Source of the DNA: an uncultured Pelagibacteraceae bacterium
Lineage (GTDB): Bacteria > Pseudomonadota > Alphaproteobacteria > Pelagibacterales > Pelagibacteraceae
Reading direction: 5' to 3'
DNA length: 64,000 bases
Assembly (NCBI GenBank): GCA_902567435.1
Contig: CACFMU010000002.1
Coordinates: 3,990-67,989, forward strand
Below the pieces are notes generated by a model, which searched no databases, was not told the DNA's origin, and was given only the letters and a program-made list of their open reading frames with translations. Below are positions 38,162 through 48,498 of the stretch, piece after piece; position 1 is the stretch's first letter, and each line of letters opens with the position of its first letter. A program made the translations under genes and the position numbers.

Positions 38162-39533
38162 CAATTAAATCAGCTTTTGGAATTGTTTGGTTGTTTTCAC
38201 CCTTAACCCCTTTAAGGTTTTTAATAGTGACTGTATTATCATTAAATTCATTTTCTCCACAAATAACAGCAACAGTTAATTGACGTTTATTTGCTAAATC
38301 AAGTTGTTTACCTAGGTTTTTTTTAGTGTTCAAAAAAACTTCAGCATTAATATTATTGTCTCTTAATAGATCCACTAATTCATAATAATTTTTTAGATAT
38401 TTTTGATCCATGACACAAACTAAAACTGGTTTTTGATCTTCAACTTCAATTTGATCTAATTGCATTAAAGCAAACAGCAATCTATCTACACCAAAACTAA
38501 TCCCAGTTCCTGGTATATCTACGCCTCTAAATCTGGATATTAATTTTGCATATGCTCCACCAGAGCATATACTTCCAATATCTACTTCTTTTCCTTTGTT
38601 ATTGGTGACTTTGAAATTTAAATTTGTCTCTACAATAAAATCTGAATAATAAGCTAGCCCTCTAACGATTGTAAAATTAGTCTTAACTTGATCTAAGTTT
38701 GATCCATATCCTAATACCTCAAATACATCTTCTAACTCTTTTATTCCTTCTTGAGAAAGTGGGTTTTTTAAATTTTCTTTTAATTGTTTTAAATCTTTTA
38801 TTTTTAAGAAATTTAAAATTTGTTGAGCTTGGTTATCTGATAGATCTGCCCCTTTAGTAATAGCACCACTTTGATCTTTTCTTTCTTTTTTAAGTAAATC
38901 TTCAACTCCTTTTAAACCAAACCCAGGCTTATCTAATTTATCAATTGCTCGAATAACCTTAATTTGTTTTTCTTCAGAAATTTTTAATTCATCAATTAGT
39001 CCTTGAACTATTTTTCTATTGCTAACATTTATTGTGAATTGATCTTTGTTTAATCCACAATTTGACAATGTGCTTGATATTAAATTACAAAGTTCAGCAT
39101 TAGCTTGAGCAGGATTAACGTTTCCAACAATATCAAAATCAGCTTGCATAAATTCTCTGTAACGGCCGTTTCCAACTTTTTCATTTCGAAATACATTTTG
39201 AATTGCATATCGTTTATAAATTGAGGGCAGTTCTTGATTATTTTGTGCAACAAATCTAGCTAGTGGACTTGATAAATCATATCGAAGTGTAATACTTTTT
39301 TCCCCATCCTGAAATGAGAATACATCAGACATAGGATTACTATCATCTTCTGCAAGAAAAGATCCTATATTTTCACTAATTTCAAACGAAGGTGTTTCAA
39401 GAGCTTCTGCTCCAAACTTGATAAAATTATTCTCAATCGCTTTTAATAGCTTTTTTTTGAGAAGAAGTTTTTTATCCCAACGATCTTCAAAACCTGAAGG
39501 TAATCCAGGTACTAATTTATTTTCTTTGTTCAT
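38139..39533 (-). CDS. hisS: Histidine--tRNA ligase
   Basis: LRYDLSSPLAR, GRYREFMQAD, VRGLAYY, FGVDRL; true start ATG 39533 downstream of tRNA-His. Confidence 0.95.
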   Translation of the reverse strand: MNKENKLVPGLPSGFEDRWDKKLLLKKKLLKAIENNFIKFGAEALETPSFEISENIGSFLAEDDSNPMSDVFSFQDGEKSITLRYDLSSPLARFVAQNNQELPSIYKRYAIQNVFRNEKVGNGRYREFMQADFDIVGNVNPAQANAELCNLISSTLSNCGLNKDQFTINVSNRKIVQGLIDELKISEEKQIKVIRAIDKLDKPGFGLKGVEDLLKKERKDQSGAITKGADLSDNQAQQILNFLKIKDLKQLKENLKNPLSQEGIKELEDVFEVLGYGSNLDQVKTNFTIVRGLAYYSDFIVETNLNFKVTNNKGKEVDIGSICSGGAYAKLISRFRGVDIPGTGISFGVDRLLFALMQLDQIEVEDQKPVLVCVMDQKYLKNYYELVDLLRDNNINAEVFLNTKKNLGKQLDLANKRQLTVAVICGENEFNDNTVTIKNLKGVKGENNQTIPKADLIDEIKKLI

Positions 39534-39537
39534 TTTT

Positions 39538-39612
39538 TGGTACCCGGGCTGAGAATCGAACTCAAACTTAAAGTTCCACAAACTTTCGTGCTAACCGTTA
39601 CACCACCCAGGC
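39538..39612 (-). tRNA. tRNA-His(GUG)
   Basis: GCCTGGG...AAAGT-TTGTGGA-ACTTT...TTCGATT...CCCGGGT-A-CCA. Confidence 0.95.
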
Positions 39613-39784
39613 ATTCCTTGTTTTTATATTATTTTTGTGTGGATTTAAAATTATATTATAAATAAATAGCCTACAGGCTATGGAAACAAACTCTATGAGT
39701 ACTTCTTGAAGTCTCTCTATATGTAATATTTATAATCATGAGCAGTCTTTTAGACAATAATTCCGATTATTCAAGACAAAAAAT

Positions 39785-39827
39785 AAAAAAGGACGTTATC
39801 TATTTTTCTATAGATAAAACGCCCTTT
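39785..39827 (-). terminator. Intrinsic terminator after cspA
   Basis: Imperfect hairpin (GGGCGTTTTATCTAT...ATAGATAACGTCC) followed by a T-run on the minus strand. Confidence 0.65.
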
Positions 39828-39845
39828 AAAATATTTTAATAAAAA

Positions 39846-40058
39846 TTAGTCTACTTTTTTTAAGTTAACTGCTGAAGGACCTTTAGGACCATCTTCTAAT
39901 GTAAATTCAAGTTTATCACCCTCATTTAGATATCTCATGCCAGCTGCTTTAACAGCTGATGCATGCACAAAGGCATCTTTTTCTTTGTCATCTCTTTCAA
40001 TGAAACCATACCCTTTTTTACCATTATACCATTTAATTTTACCCGTTAATGTACTCAT
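39846..40058 (-). CDS. cspA: Cold-shock protein
   Basis: GKIKWYNGKKGYGFI, AFVHASA. Confidence 0.93.
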   Translation of the reverse strand: MSTLTGKIKWYNGKKGYGFIERDDKEKDAFVHASAVKAAGMRYLNEGDKLEFTLEDGPKGPSAVNLKKVD

Positions 40059-40138
40059 CTTATTCTTAGTCCTTATGTTGTTTATTATTCTATAAAGCTA
40101 TTTTGATTTTTTTTAAATTTCAAGATTAAAAATGATTG

Positions 40139-40213
40139 TGGTGCCTCGGGAAGGATTCGCACCTCCGACACAAGCCTTTTCAGGGCTCTGCTCTACTCCT
40201 GAGCTACCGAGGC
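40139..40213 (-). tRNA. tRNA-Phe(GAA)
   Basis: GCCTCGG-TAGCTCAG...GAGCC-CTGAAAA-GGCTT...CCGAGGC-A-CCA. Confidence 0.93.
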
Positions 40214-40219
40214 AAAAGA

Positions 40220-40435
40220 TTAACCTCTAAAGATTATTCTGCCTTTTGTAAGGTCATAAGGTGTAATTTCTACTGTCACATTATCTCCTTGCAATACTCT
40301 AATTCTATTTTTTCTTAACTTACCTGCTGTGTGTGCAGTAACAGTATGGCCATTTTCTAATTTAACTCTAAACATTGCGTTTGGTAGTAAGTCCGTTACT
40401 TTACCCTTAAATTCTAGTAGGTCTTGTTTTGACAA
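40220..40435 (-). CDS. infA: Translation initiation factor IF-1
   Basis: [30 protein letters not shown]. Confidence 0.96.
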   Translation of the reverse strand: MSKQDLLEFKGKVTDLLPNAMFRVKLENGHTVTAHTAGKLRKNRIRVLQGDNVTVEITPYDLTKGRIIFRG

Positions 40436-40437
40436 AT

Positions 40438-41721
40438 TTATTTTCTCCTAATTCTTTTTTTTACAGATTCAGCATGTCCTGCTAAGCCTTCGTAATTTGC
40501 AAGTGTTATAACGGATGGCCCAAGACTTTCAATACCCTTTTTAGATAAGTTTATGTAGGAAATCCGTTTATAAAATTCGTTTACACTTACTCCGCTTGAG
40601 TATTTTGCAGATCCGTTTGTTGGAAGTATATGGTTTGATCCTACATTGTAATCTGTCATTGCCATAACCGCATATTTTCCTAAACAAATAGAACCTGAGT
40701 TTTTAATTTTTGGAATAAACGATTTATAATTCTTTACATTCAGCTCCAAGTGTTCGGGTGCAATTTTATTTACTACATCAATTATTTTTTTATCAGAGCT
40801 AATATGCATTAATATTCCATTACTAATTAAACTTTTTTTAGCAACAGATTGTCTTGGAATTTCTTTTAATTGTTTAAAAATTTCAATTTTAACTTTTTCT
40901 ATAATATTTTTATCTTTAGAAATTAAAATACATTGAGCAAGATTATCATGCTCTGCTTGACCTATTAGATCACTTGCAACCCATTCTGGATTTGAAAATT
41001 TATCACTAATTATCGTAACCTCAGATGGTCCTGCAGTCATTCCCTCAATTCCAACATCACCAAAAACTTCTTTCTTTGCGGCTGCAACAAATGCATTACC
41101 AGGACCTACAATTTTATTAACCTTTTTTATTCTCTTAGTTCCATAAGCTGCGGCAGCAATTGCTGATGGCCCTCCTATTGAATAAATCTCTTTTATCTTA
41201 CATTTACGCGCTGCATATAATACTGCTGGATTTTGCTTTCCTTTATATCCAGGATTGATCATTATTACCCTTTTAACACCAGCAACAATTGCTGGAATAG
41301 CGTTCATTAAAACACTTGAAGGGTATGACGCTGTAGAACCAGGCACATATATTGCAACCGATTCTATTGGAACATATTTGTACTCTAATTTATTTTTTAG
41401 TTTATCTGTGTATGAAATATTCTTAAATTTTTGAAGAGAGTGAAATTTATGAATTCTAGTATATGCAAGATCAATTGCATTTTTAACTTTTTTATCTAGA
41501 GACTTTATTGATTTAGAAATTTGATCAGCGCTTGGTACAATTACATTATTTTTATTAAATCTTTTTTCATATTTTAAAAGAGCTTTATCACCATTTTTTT
41601 TAACATCTTTTATAATACCTACAACTGAAACTGAATTGGATTGGACTTTATTTTTTCTTTGCAAAAGCAAAGCGTCCAAAACTTTATCAAAATTTTTACT
41701 CTTACTATTTAATATTTTCAT
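40438..41721 (-). CDS. hisD: Histidinol dehydrogenase
   Basis: YVPG...[28 protein letters not shown]. Confidence 0.95.
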   Translation of the reverse strand: MKILNSKSKNFDKVLDALLLQRKNKVQSNSVSVVGIIKDVKKNGDKALLKYEKRFNKNNVIVPSADQISKSIKSLDKKVKNAIDLAYTRIHKFHSLQKFKNISYTDKLKNKLEYKYVPIESVAIYVPGSTASYPSSVLMNAIPAIVAGVKRVIMINPGYKGKQNPAVLYAARKCKIKEIYSIGGPSAIAAAAYGTKRIKKVNKIVGPGNAFVAAAKKEVFGDVGIEGMTAGPSEVTIISDKFSNPEWVASDLIGQAEHDNLAQCILISKDKNIIEKVKIEIFKQLKEIPRQSVAKKSLISNGILMHISSDKKIIDVVNKIAPEHLELNVKNYKSFIPKIKNSGSICLGKYAVMAMTDYNVGSNHILPTNGSAKYSSGVSVNEFYKRISYINLSKKGIESLGPSVITLANYEGLAGHAESVKKRIRRK

Positions 41722-42119
41722 TACTGTTTAATTTCGTTTTGATCCTCTAGATTTACCTCAATTGTTTCTGTAGTCAAAGCTATGTGAGCATTATTATCAA
41801 AAATTAAGTTAATTTCATAATCATCTTTATTTTTTAAATAATCTATAGCTATTAAGTCTAAAACTAATTCTTTATTTTTTTGATCAATATTTTTTGACTT
41901 TACTTTATCAACAAAATCAAACCTGCAAATACTGTTAATTATTTTATCTGCTTGATCTGTTTCAATTTTGGTTCGTTCAAGAGATAATAAAAAAACTTTA
42001 TTTGAAGCAAGATATTTAATATCTGCTACTTTAACTTTTGCACCAGCAGTACATGCAGAAATCATTTGTAAACCCTCATTATCTGTAGCAATTATTTGAG
42101 CTAGATATTTTTTATCCAT
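41721..42119 (-). CDS. DUF2948-like conserved alphaproteobacterial protein
   Basis: LQMISA motif; conserved position between murA and hisD. Confidence 0.7.
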   Translation of the reverse strand: MDKKYLAQIIATDNEGLQMISACTAGAKVKVADIKYLASNKVFLLSLERTKIETDQADKIINSICRFDFVDKVKSKNIDQKNKELVLDLIAIDYLKNKDDYEINLIFDNNAHIALTTETIEVNLEDQNEIKQ

Positions 42120-43372
42120 TAATTAACTCTTTTAATTTTTGCCCCAACTTTTTTTAATTTCTTCTCTAAACTCTCATATCCACGATCTAGGTGATATATT
42201 CTATTTATAACAGATTTACCTTTTGCAGTTAATGCAGCAAGAATTAACGAAACTGAAGCTCTTAGGTCAGTTGCCATCAATTCTGCTGCTGCAAAATTAA
42301 TATTTCCTTCAACTATAGCTTTATTACCATTAGTTGAAATATTGGCTCCCATTCGATTTAACTCTGCAACATGCATAAATCTATTTTCAAAAATATCTTC
42401 TTTTATTAATGATCTTTTATTTGCTTTACATAATAATACCATGATCTGTGCTTGTAGATCTGTTGGAAAGCCTGGATAAGGTGCTGTTTTTATATTTATA
42501 TTATTAATCTTTTTATTTCCAATAATTTGAATATCACTTTTTTTTATAGTAATTTTCGCACCTATCTTTTTAAGGGTATCAATTTCAGTTTTAATAATGC
42601 TTGGTATAATATTTTTAATTATTAAATTTCCCTCTGTAACAGCTGCTGCAACTAAATAAGTGCCAGCCTCAATTCTATCGAACATAACTTTATAAGTTGT
42701 TTCATTAATTTTGCTTACACCTTGAATTTTAATTGAGCGTTTTGTAATCCATTTTATTTTACATCCAGTTTTATTTAAAAAATTAATCAAATCTTTTATC
42801 TCAGGCTCTATTGCGCAATTACTTAAAATAGTAGTGCCTTTTGCCAAGCTTGCAGCAATAATTAAATTTTCGGTAGCTCCAACTGAAATTTTTGGAAATC
42901 GAATTTTAGATCCTTTTAAACCTTTAGGTGCAGTTGCATGTACATAACCTTCAATAATTTTATATTTTACACCAAGTTTTGATAATGCTTTTAAATGAAT
43001 GTCTACTGGCCTTGTGCCAATTGCACATCCTCCTGGTAGTGAGACTTTTGCACTACCAAACTTTGCAAGTAGTGGGCCAAGAACCAAAATACCTGCTCGC
43101 ATAGTTTTCATTAAATTATAGGAGGCAATTTTTTTTTGTTGTTTAGAATTATCAATAATTAATTTTTTATTATCAAATTTTACTTTTGATCCTAATGATT
43201 GTAATAAATTAATCATTGTCTCAATATCTTTTACCTTTGGTAAATTATTTAAATAAATTTTTTTACTAGATAACAAAGTTGCCGCTAAAATTGGTAAAGA
43301 AGCATTCTTTGAACCAGATATATTTATTTGTCCCTTGAGCTTATTTGCTCCTAGGACTTCTAGTTTTTGCAT
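42119..43372 (-). CDS. murA: UDP-N-acetylglucosamine 1-carboxyvinyltransferase
   Basis: SGSKNA, LPGGCAIGTRP, PGFPTDLQAQ, DLRAS. Confidence 0.97.
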   Translation of the reverse strand: MQKLEVLGANKLKGQINISGSKNASLPILAATLLSSKKIYLNNLPKVKDIETMINLLQSLGSKVKFDNKKLIIDNSKQQKKIASYNLMKTMRAGILVLGPLLAKFGSAKVSLPGGCAIGTRPVDIHLKALSKLGVKYKIIEGYVHATAPKGLKGSKIRFPKISVGATENLIIAASLAKGTTILSNCAIEPEIKDLINFLNKTGCKIKWITKRSIKIQGVSKINETTYKVMFDRIEAGTYLVAAAVTEGNLIIKNIIPSIIKTEIDTLKKIGAKITIKKSDIQIIGNKKINNINIKTAPYPGFPTDLQAQIMVLLCKANKRSLIKEDIFENRFMHVAELNRMGANISTNGNKAIVEGNINFAAAELMATDLRASVSLILAALTAKGKSVINRIYHLDRGYESLEKKLKKVGAKIKRVN

Positions 43373-43374
43373 GG

Positions 43375-43929
43375 TTAAACTTTAGGTAATGTTACTCCAG
43401 TTTGACCCATGTATTTTCCGTTTCTATCTGCATAAGTCACTTCTGGTTTTTCATTTCCTTTTAAAAAAATGAATTGTGCAACACCTTCATTTGCATAGAT
43501 TTTAGCAGGCAGTGGTGTGGTGTTTGAAAACTCAAGTGTTACATACCCTTCCCATCCAGGCTCTAAAGGTGTTACGTTAACTATAATTCCGCATCGTGCA
43601 TAAGTAGATTTACCAAGACAAATAACTAGCACATCATCTGGTATTTTGAACTTTTCGACTGTTCTAGCTAATACAAATGAATTAGGTGGAATAATGCACT
43701 CTGAAACATTTTTAGTCACAAAGTTTGTTGGTTTAAAATTTTTAGGATCAACTATTTCAGAATTCACATTCGTAAATATCTTAAATTCTTCAGATACTCT
43801 AGCATCGTAACCGAAAGAGGATAAACCATATGAAATACTATTTCCTCTAACTTGTTTTTCTTCAAACGGACTAATCATATCTTCTTCTATAGACATTTTT
43901 CTAATCCACTTATCTGAAAGAACTGACAT
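43375..43929 (-). CDS. dcd: dCTP deaminase
   Basis: [28 protein letters not shown]. Confidence 0.96.
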   Translation of the reverse strand: MSVLSDKWIRKMSIEEDMISPFEEKQVRGNSISYGLSSFGYDARVSEEFKIFTNVNSEIVDPKNFKPTNFVTKNVSECIIPPNSFVLARTVEKFKIPDDVLVICLGKSTYARCGIIVNVTPLEPGWEGYVTLEFSNTTPLPAKIYANEGVAQFIFLKGNEKPEVTYADRNGKYMGQTGVTLPKV

Positions 43930-44030
43930 TATTTATTTTTCTTTTTTATTTTTTTTTGAAAAAGTTTTCTTTTCTTTAAGTTTTTTCTTAGTGCTAAGCT
44001 TAAGCGCTCATTTTTATCTTTTGAATTCAT
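43929..44030 (-). CDS. 33-aa basic small protein
   Basis: [33 protein letters not shown]; ATGA overlap with the upstream ORF and TAATG overlap with dcd. Confidence 0.65.
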   Translation of the reverse strand: MNSKDKNERLSLALRKNLKKRKLFQKKIKKKNK

Positions 44031-44227
44031 TCTTTATCTGGATTAGTAAGGAAGTCTAAGGTTATTGGCTTTGAAGTATCTAGTGTTTTTGGTTTTGCCT
44101 CCTCCTCCTTTGGGCCTTCTTTAGCTAAACGTTTAGCTTTTTTTTCTGCAAGCTTCTTTTCTCTCTTAGCTTGCTTTTCCATAAGCTTATTACCTTTAGT
44201 AGATTTATAATCGTAATGAATTCCCAT
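44027..44227 (-). CDS. Small hypothetical protein
   Basis: 66 aa with GAGG RBS, head of the dcd-murA operon. Confidence 0.7.
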   Translation of the reverse strand: MGIHYDYKSTKGNKLMEKQAKREKKLAEKKAKRLAKEGPKEEEAKPKTLDTSKPITLDFLTNPDKE

Positions 44228-44326
44228 AAAATTTCCTCAAGTAGATATAAATCATATTACCTAAAAAATTAAGGCAATATTTTGAAAAAAATGCTTTATT
44301 ATCAATAAAATATAAATTGTTTATTA

Positions 44327-44400
44327 GCTCCTATAGATAAATGGTATATCAAGTCATTGGTAATGACTAATTCCCTGGTCAGTACAGGGTGGGAGCACCA
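44327..44400 (+). tRNA. tRNA-Thr(GGU), non-canonical T-loop
   Basis: GCTCCTA...AGTCA-TTGGTAA-TGACT...CCCTG-GTCAGTA-CAGGG-TGGGAGC-A-CCA. Confidence 0.85.
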
Positions 44401-44403
44401 TAA

Positions 44404-45129
44404 TTAATTTTTATAAAAAATTTTTCTCAAAAAAATTGTAAATAAAATTAATGTAAAAAATGCTAAAATTGGAACGTATATATCTTGGGAAAAAATTACA
44501 TCTGTAATTTCTGGAACCTCTGAATTTTGATCAATTAATTTCTCTAAACCACTTCCAATTGAAACAGCTAAAAAAATTTGAGGTATAATTCCTATAATCG
44601 TTGCAAAGAAAAAATTCTTTACTTTCACATTAAAAAGTGTTGGTAAAAGACAGCTTAATTGCCAAGGTATTCCTCCAATGAATCTATATATCAATAAATA
44701 AATAAATTCAGATTTTTTAAATTTCATTTCAAGTCTTTGGTATTTGTTTAAAAATTTTTCTCTAATAAAATTTTTTAAAAAATAATTTCCAAACACATAC
44801 AAAAGAGTTGCGCCAATGCTTAATCCTAAAACAACAATTAGAGTTCCAATCCATTTTCCAAAAATAAATCCTCCAAACAAAGCTACAGGAGATCCAAAAC
44901 CTAAAAATGGAAAAACCCATAATATTGTCAGTAATAAAAAAATTATTGATATTAAAAACAAATTAGAGTTTTTAAGTTCAAAGAAATAAGATCTGTTTTG
45001 TTTAATGAAATCATATGATGTGAGATCTTGAAGGCTAAATTTTGAAAAGAAAAAGTATAAAAATAAACAAACTAAAATTAGATAGGATAATCCTATAATT
45101 GTTTTAATTTTTTTAGTTTTTTCCATCAA
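44404..45129 (-). CDS. TVP38/DedA (VTT domain) membrane protein
   Basis: GGFIFG, G..IGAT..Y, RFIGGIP, FFFATIIGIIP. Confidence 0.8.
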   Translation of the reverse strand: MMEKTKKIKTIIGLSYLILVCLFLYFFFSKFSLQDLTSYDFIKQNRSYFFELKNSNLFLISIIFLLLTILWVFPFLGFGSPVALFGGFIFGKWIGTLIVVLGLSIGATLLYVFGNYFLKNFIREKFLNKYQRLEMKFKKSEFIYLLIYRFIGGIPWQLSCLLPTLFNVKVKNFFFATIIGIIPQIFLAVSIGSGLEKLIDQNSEVPEITDVIFSQDIYVPILAFFTLILFTIFLRKIFYKN

Positions 45130-45218
45130 ATCTAATACAATTTATAAAATCTTCTGTTTGCTATTTATATATTTAATTACTATAAAGGGCGAAATTTAAT
45201 TAAAAATTAACCACATTT

Positions 45219-45359
45219 ATGAAACGAACATATCAACCATCTAACGTTAAAAGAGCTCGAAAACATGGTTTTAGGTCTAAAATGAAAACTAAAGGTGGAC
45301 AAAAACTTTTAGCTAGAAGAAGAGCAAGAGGAAGAAAATCGTTAACTGTATCAGTTTAA
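45219..45359 (+). CDS. rpmH: 50S ribosomal protein L34
   Basis: Manual translation [19 protein letters not shown]...RRRARGRK. Confidence 0.96.
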   Translation: MKRTYQPSNVKRARKHGFRSKMKTKGGQKLLARRRARGRKSLTVSV

Positions 45360-45363
45360 ATAA

Positions 45364-45705
45364 ATGAAAAGCAAAATACTTGCTCTTTCAAAAAACGAAG
45401 AATTCAAAAATCTACTTAAACAAAAAAAAATTTCTAATAAATTCGTTACAATTTTTTTTGGCACTTTAGAAAATAAAGATAATAAAAAACTTAATATAAG
45501 TTTTGTGACAAAGAAGAAAATAGGCAATGCAGTAAAAAGAAATAAAATTAAAAGAAGATTAAGAAATATAGTTAATGATGCTGTTAAAAAAATATCAGTT
45601 AAATTCAACTATTCATATCTTGTTATTGCTAAGTCAACTATGTTAAACAGTGATTACAAAAATATAAAAGAAAGCTTATTTCAAGATTTAGAAAAGATTA
45701 AATAA
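45364..45705 (+). CDS. rnpA: RNase P protein component
   Basis: [17 protein letters not shown]. Confidence 0.93.
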   Translation: MKSKILALSKNEEFKNLLKQKKISNKFVTIFFGTLENKDNKKLNISFVTKKKIGNAVKRNKIKRRLRNIVNDAVKKISVKFNYSYLVIAKSTMLNSDYKNIKESLFQDLEKIK

Positions 45706-45956
45706 TGAACATTATCACTGTTATTTTTATTAAAATTATAAAAGGTTATAAATTTTTTATCAGTCCTTTATTTGGTCATTCATGCAGATATTTGCCTACA
45801 TGCTCAGAATACAGTATTGAAGCTTTGAAAGAATTTGGATTAGCTAAGGGAACTTTTTTAAGTTTAAAAAGAATTTTATCATGTCACCCAATAAAATTTT
45901 TAGGCGGTGGTGATGGTTTTGATCCTGTAAAAAAAAATATAAAGGTTAAAAAATAA
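45705..45956 (+). CDS. yidD: Membrane protein insertion efficiency factor
   Basis: [17 protein letters not shown]. Confidence 0.93.
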   Translation: MNIITVIFIKIIKGYKFFISPLFGHSCRYLPTCSEYSIEALKEFGLAKGTFLSLKRILSCHPIKFLGGGDGFDPVKKNIKVKK

Positions 45957-47632
45957 TGGATACTCGAAATGTTATCGCAGCAATTTCTTTATCAGCAGCA
46001 GTAATTATACTGTATTCACTTTATTTTGCACCACCTCCGATTACTAAAGAACAACTTGCAGAAAAAAATAAAACTGAACAAACTACTGATGCGCCAAGTT
46101 TAGATCAAAAAGAAACTATAACTGAAGTTTCAAGAGAGGAGGCTTTAAGTCAAAGTAAGAGAATTAAATTTGAAAATCAAAGTATAATTGGTTCTATATC
46201 TCTTAAAGGTGCAGCAATCGATGACTTAACCTTTAAAGAATATAATGTAGCATTAGAAAGTGATGAAAAAGTTAAACTATTGTCACCTAGAAGTGCCAAA
46301 GATGGATACTTAATAGAAAGTGGATTTATAACTACTGATAAAAATATTGATATTCCAAATTCTAATTCAGAGTGGTCTGTATCAGGAAATAATATATTAA
46401 CTGATCAATCTCCTATAAAATTAACATGGACTAATGATCAAGGAATTACTTTTGAAAAAGAGATATCTCTAGATGACAAGTTTTTATTCACTATTAAACA
46501 AAAAGTAATTAATTCAACAAATAAAGAGTTTGATTTTTATCCTTATGGTCAAATTATTAGAAAAGAAATTCCTGAGATTTCTAATTTCTATATTCTCCAT
46601 GAAGGTCTTATTGCAACTTTAGATGAAGAGTTAATTGAAGAGGATTATGACGATATTCAAGAAGAAAAATTTTCAAGAACTTCACAAAAAGGATGGCTTG
46701 GAATTTCAGATAAATTTTGGATAACTTCATTAATTCCACCAAGTGGTAAAGAATTTAAAACAACTTTTGATTATAAAGATAAATTTCGTGCCAATTTTGT
46801 AGGTACTGAGCCTTTAGAGCTAAAAGGAAACTCAAGTATTGAGGATAAATTACAAGTAATAGTGGCTGCTAAAAGAGTCGACGTTATTGACGGATACGCA
46901 GAGTCGTTAAATATTGATAAATTTGATTTAACAATTGATTGGGGTTTTTTATATTTTATCACAAAACCTCTTTTTTACGGTATCGACTATTTCTTTAAGT
47001 TATTAGGAAACTATGGTCTTGCAATCATTGCTATAACAATTTGTATAAGACTGGCATTCTTTCCACTTGCTAACTTCTCATTCAGAAGTATGGCTAAAAT
47101 GAAGGCACTTCAGCCAGAGATGGTGAGATTAAAAGATTTACATAAAGAAGATAAAATGAAGCTACAGCAAGAAATGATGGCGCTTTATAAAAAGGAAAAA
47201 GTAAATCCTATGTCTGGATGTTTACCCATATTAGTGCAGATACCAGTGTTTTTTGCTTTATATAAAGTTTTATTTGTTACAATTGAAATGAGACAAATGC
47301 CTTTTTATGGCTGGATACAAGATTTATCTGAAAGAGATCCAACATCATTATTTAACTTGTTTGGTCTGCTTCCTTATGACGTTCCATCTTTTTTAATGAT
47401 TGGAGCATGGCCAATTGCAATGGGTGTTTCTATGTTTATTCAACAAAAATTAAATCCGGCTCCAACAGATCCAATGCAAGCAAAAATATTTATGTTCTTT
47501 CCTTTATTCTTAACGATAATTTTAGCACCTTTCCCTGCTGGATTGGTAATTTATTGGACAGTTAATAATATTTTAACTATGGCTCAACAAGTTTTCATAA
47601 TGAAACGAACTACAGTCAAAACAACAACTTAA
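45956..47632 (+). CDS. yidC: Membrane protein insertase
   Basis: IDWG, NYGLAII, NPMSGCLPILVQIPVF, PAGLVIYW. Confidence 0.96.
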   Translation: MDTRNVIAAISLSAAVIILYSLYFAPPPITKEQLAEKNKTEQTTDAPSLDQKETITEVSREEALSQSKRIKFENQSIIGSISLKGAAIDDLTFKEYNVALESDEKVKLLSPRSAKDGYLIESGFITTDKNIDIPNSNSEWSVSGNNILTDQSPIKLTWTNDQGITFEKEISLDDKFLFTIKQKVINSTNKEFDFYPYGQIIRKEIPEISNFYILHEGLIATLDEELIEEDYDDIQEEKFSRTSQKGWLGISDKFWITSLIPPSGKEFKTTFDYKDKFRANFVGTEPLELKGNSSIEDKLQVIVAAKRVDVIDGYAESLNIDKFDLTIDWGFLYFITKPLFYGIDYFFKLLGNYGLAIIAITICIRLAFFPLANFSFRSMAKMKALQPEMVRLKDLHKEDKMKLQQEMMALYKKEKVNPMSGCLPILVQIPVFFALYKVLFVTIEMRQMPFYGWIQDLSERDPTSLFNLFGLLPYDVPSFLMIGAWPIAMGVSMFIQQKLNPAPTDPMQAKIFMFFPLFLTIILAPFPAGLVIYWTVNNILTMAQQVFIMKRTTVKTTT

Positions 47633-48498
47633 TGTTGGAAATCAAAGAAGAAGAATTAAAAAAAATCCTACCCACTGATGGTCCCTCGATTAATGAGGTT
47701 AAAAAATATTTAGAAAAATATAATGATGAATACATTGTTATTAAATGTGGTGGTAGTGTTTTAGTAGATAACAAATTATTTGATATTTTCATAAAAGATA
47801 TATCAGTATTGAATAAGCTTGGATTTATTCCAATTATTGTCCATGGAGGCGGAAAAAGAATTAGCAATAAACTAAATGAATTAGGAATTAAGAGTAATTT
47901 TATAAAAGGATTGAGAGTTACAGAAAAAGAAACTATTGAAGTAGTAGAACAAGTGTTAATAGAGTTTAACTCTGAAATTATAGAGGCCTTAAAGGAACAA
48001 CAATGTACTAGTCAAACTATAAACTCTAGAGAAAATAATATTATGACAGTTGTGCAAGAAAATACTGAGCTAGGATTTGTTGGAACACCAACAGAAATAA
48101 ATAAGTCGATTATTGATAAAATTGTAGATGAAAAAAAAGTTCCTGTTATAGCTCCTTTGGGTCTAGACGAAAATAATCAAGCTTATAATATTAATGCTGA
48201 TACAGCTGCCGGATCAATTGCAAAAAAAATTGAAGCTAGACGTTTAATAATAATGAGTGATGTTGAAGGTGTTCTTGATAGTAATAAAAAATTAATCCCT
48301 GAAATTAATTCTCAATCAATTAAAGATTTAATAAATGATGAGGTGGTTAATGGAGGAATGATTCCTAAAATTAATAATTGTTTAGATGTTGCTTGTAACG
48401 GTGTTAAAGGTGTTGTTATTATTGATGGTCGAAAGAACCACTCTATTCTTTTTGAATTATTATCCGACAAAGGTTCAGGAACTTTAATTAGACAATGA
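47632..48498 (+). CDS. argB: Acetylglutamate kinase
   Basis: VIKCGG, VHGGG, GLRVT, NINAD, GGMIPK. Confidence 0.94.
   Translation: MLEIKEEELKKILPTDGPSINEVKKYLEKYNDEYIVIKCGGSVLVDNKLFDIFIKDISVLNKLGFIPIIVHGGGKRISNKLNELGIKSNFIKGLRVTEKETIEVVEQVLIEFNSEIIEALKEQQCTSQTINSRENNIMTVVQENTELGFVGTPTEINKSIIDKIVDEKKVPVIAPLGLDENNQAYNINADTAAGSIAKKIEARRLIIMSDVEGVLDSNKKLIPEINSQSIKDLINDEVVNGGMIPKINNCLDVACNGVKGVVIIDGRKNHSILFELLSDKGSGTLIRQ

Noticed and set aside
39534-39581. N-terminal extension of hisS in the ORF track
   Set aside because: Overlaps tRNA-His; the real start is ATG 39533
40136-40318. 60-aa plus-strand ORF
   Set aside because: Antisense reading of tRNA-Phe and infA
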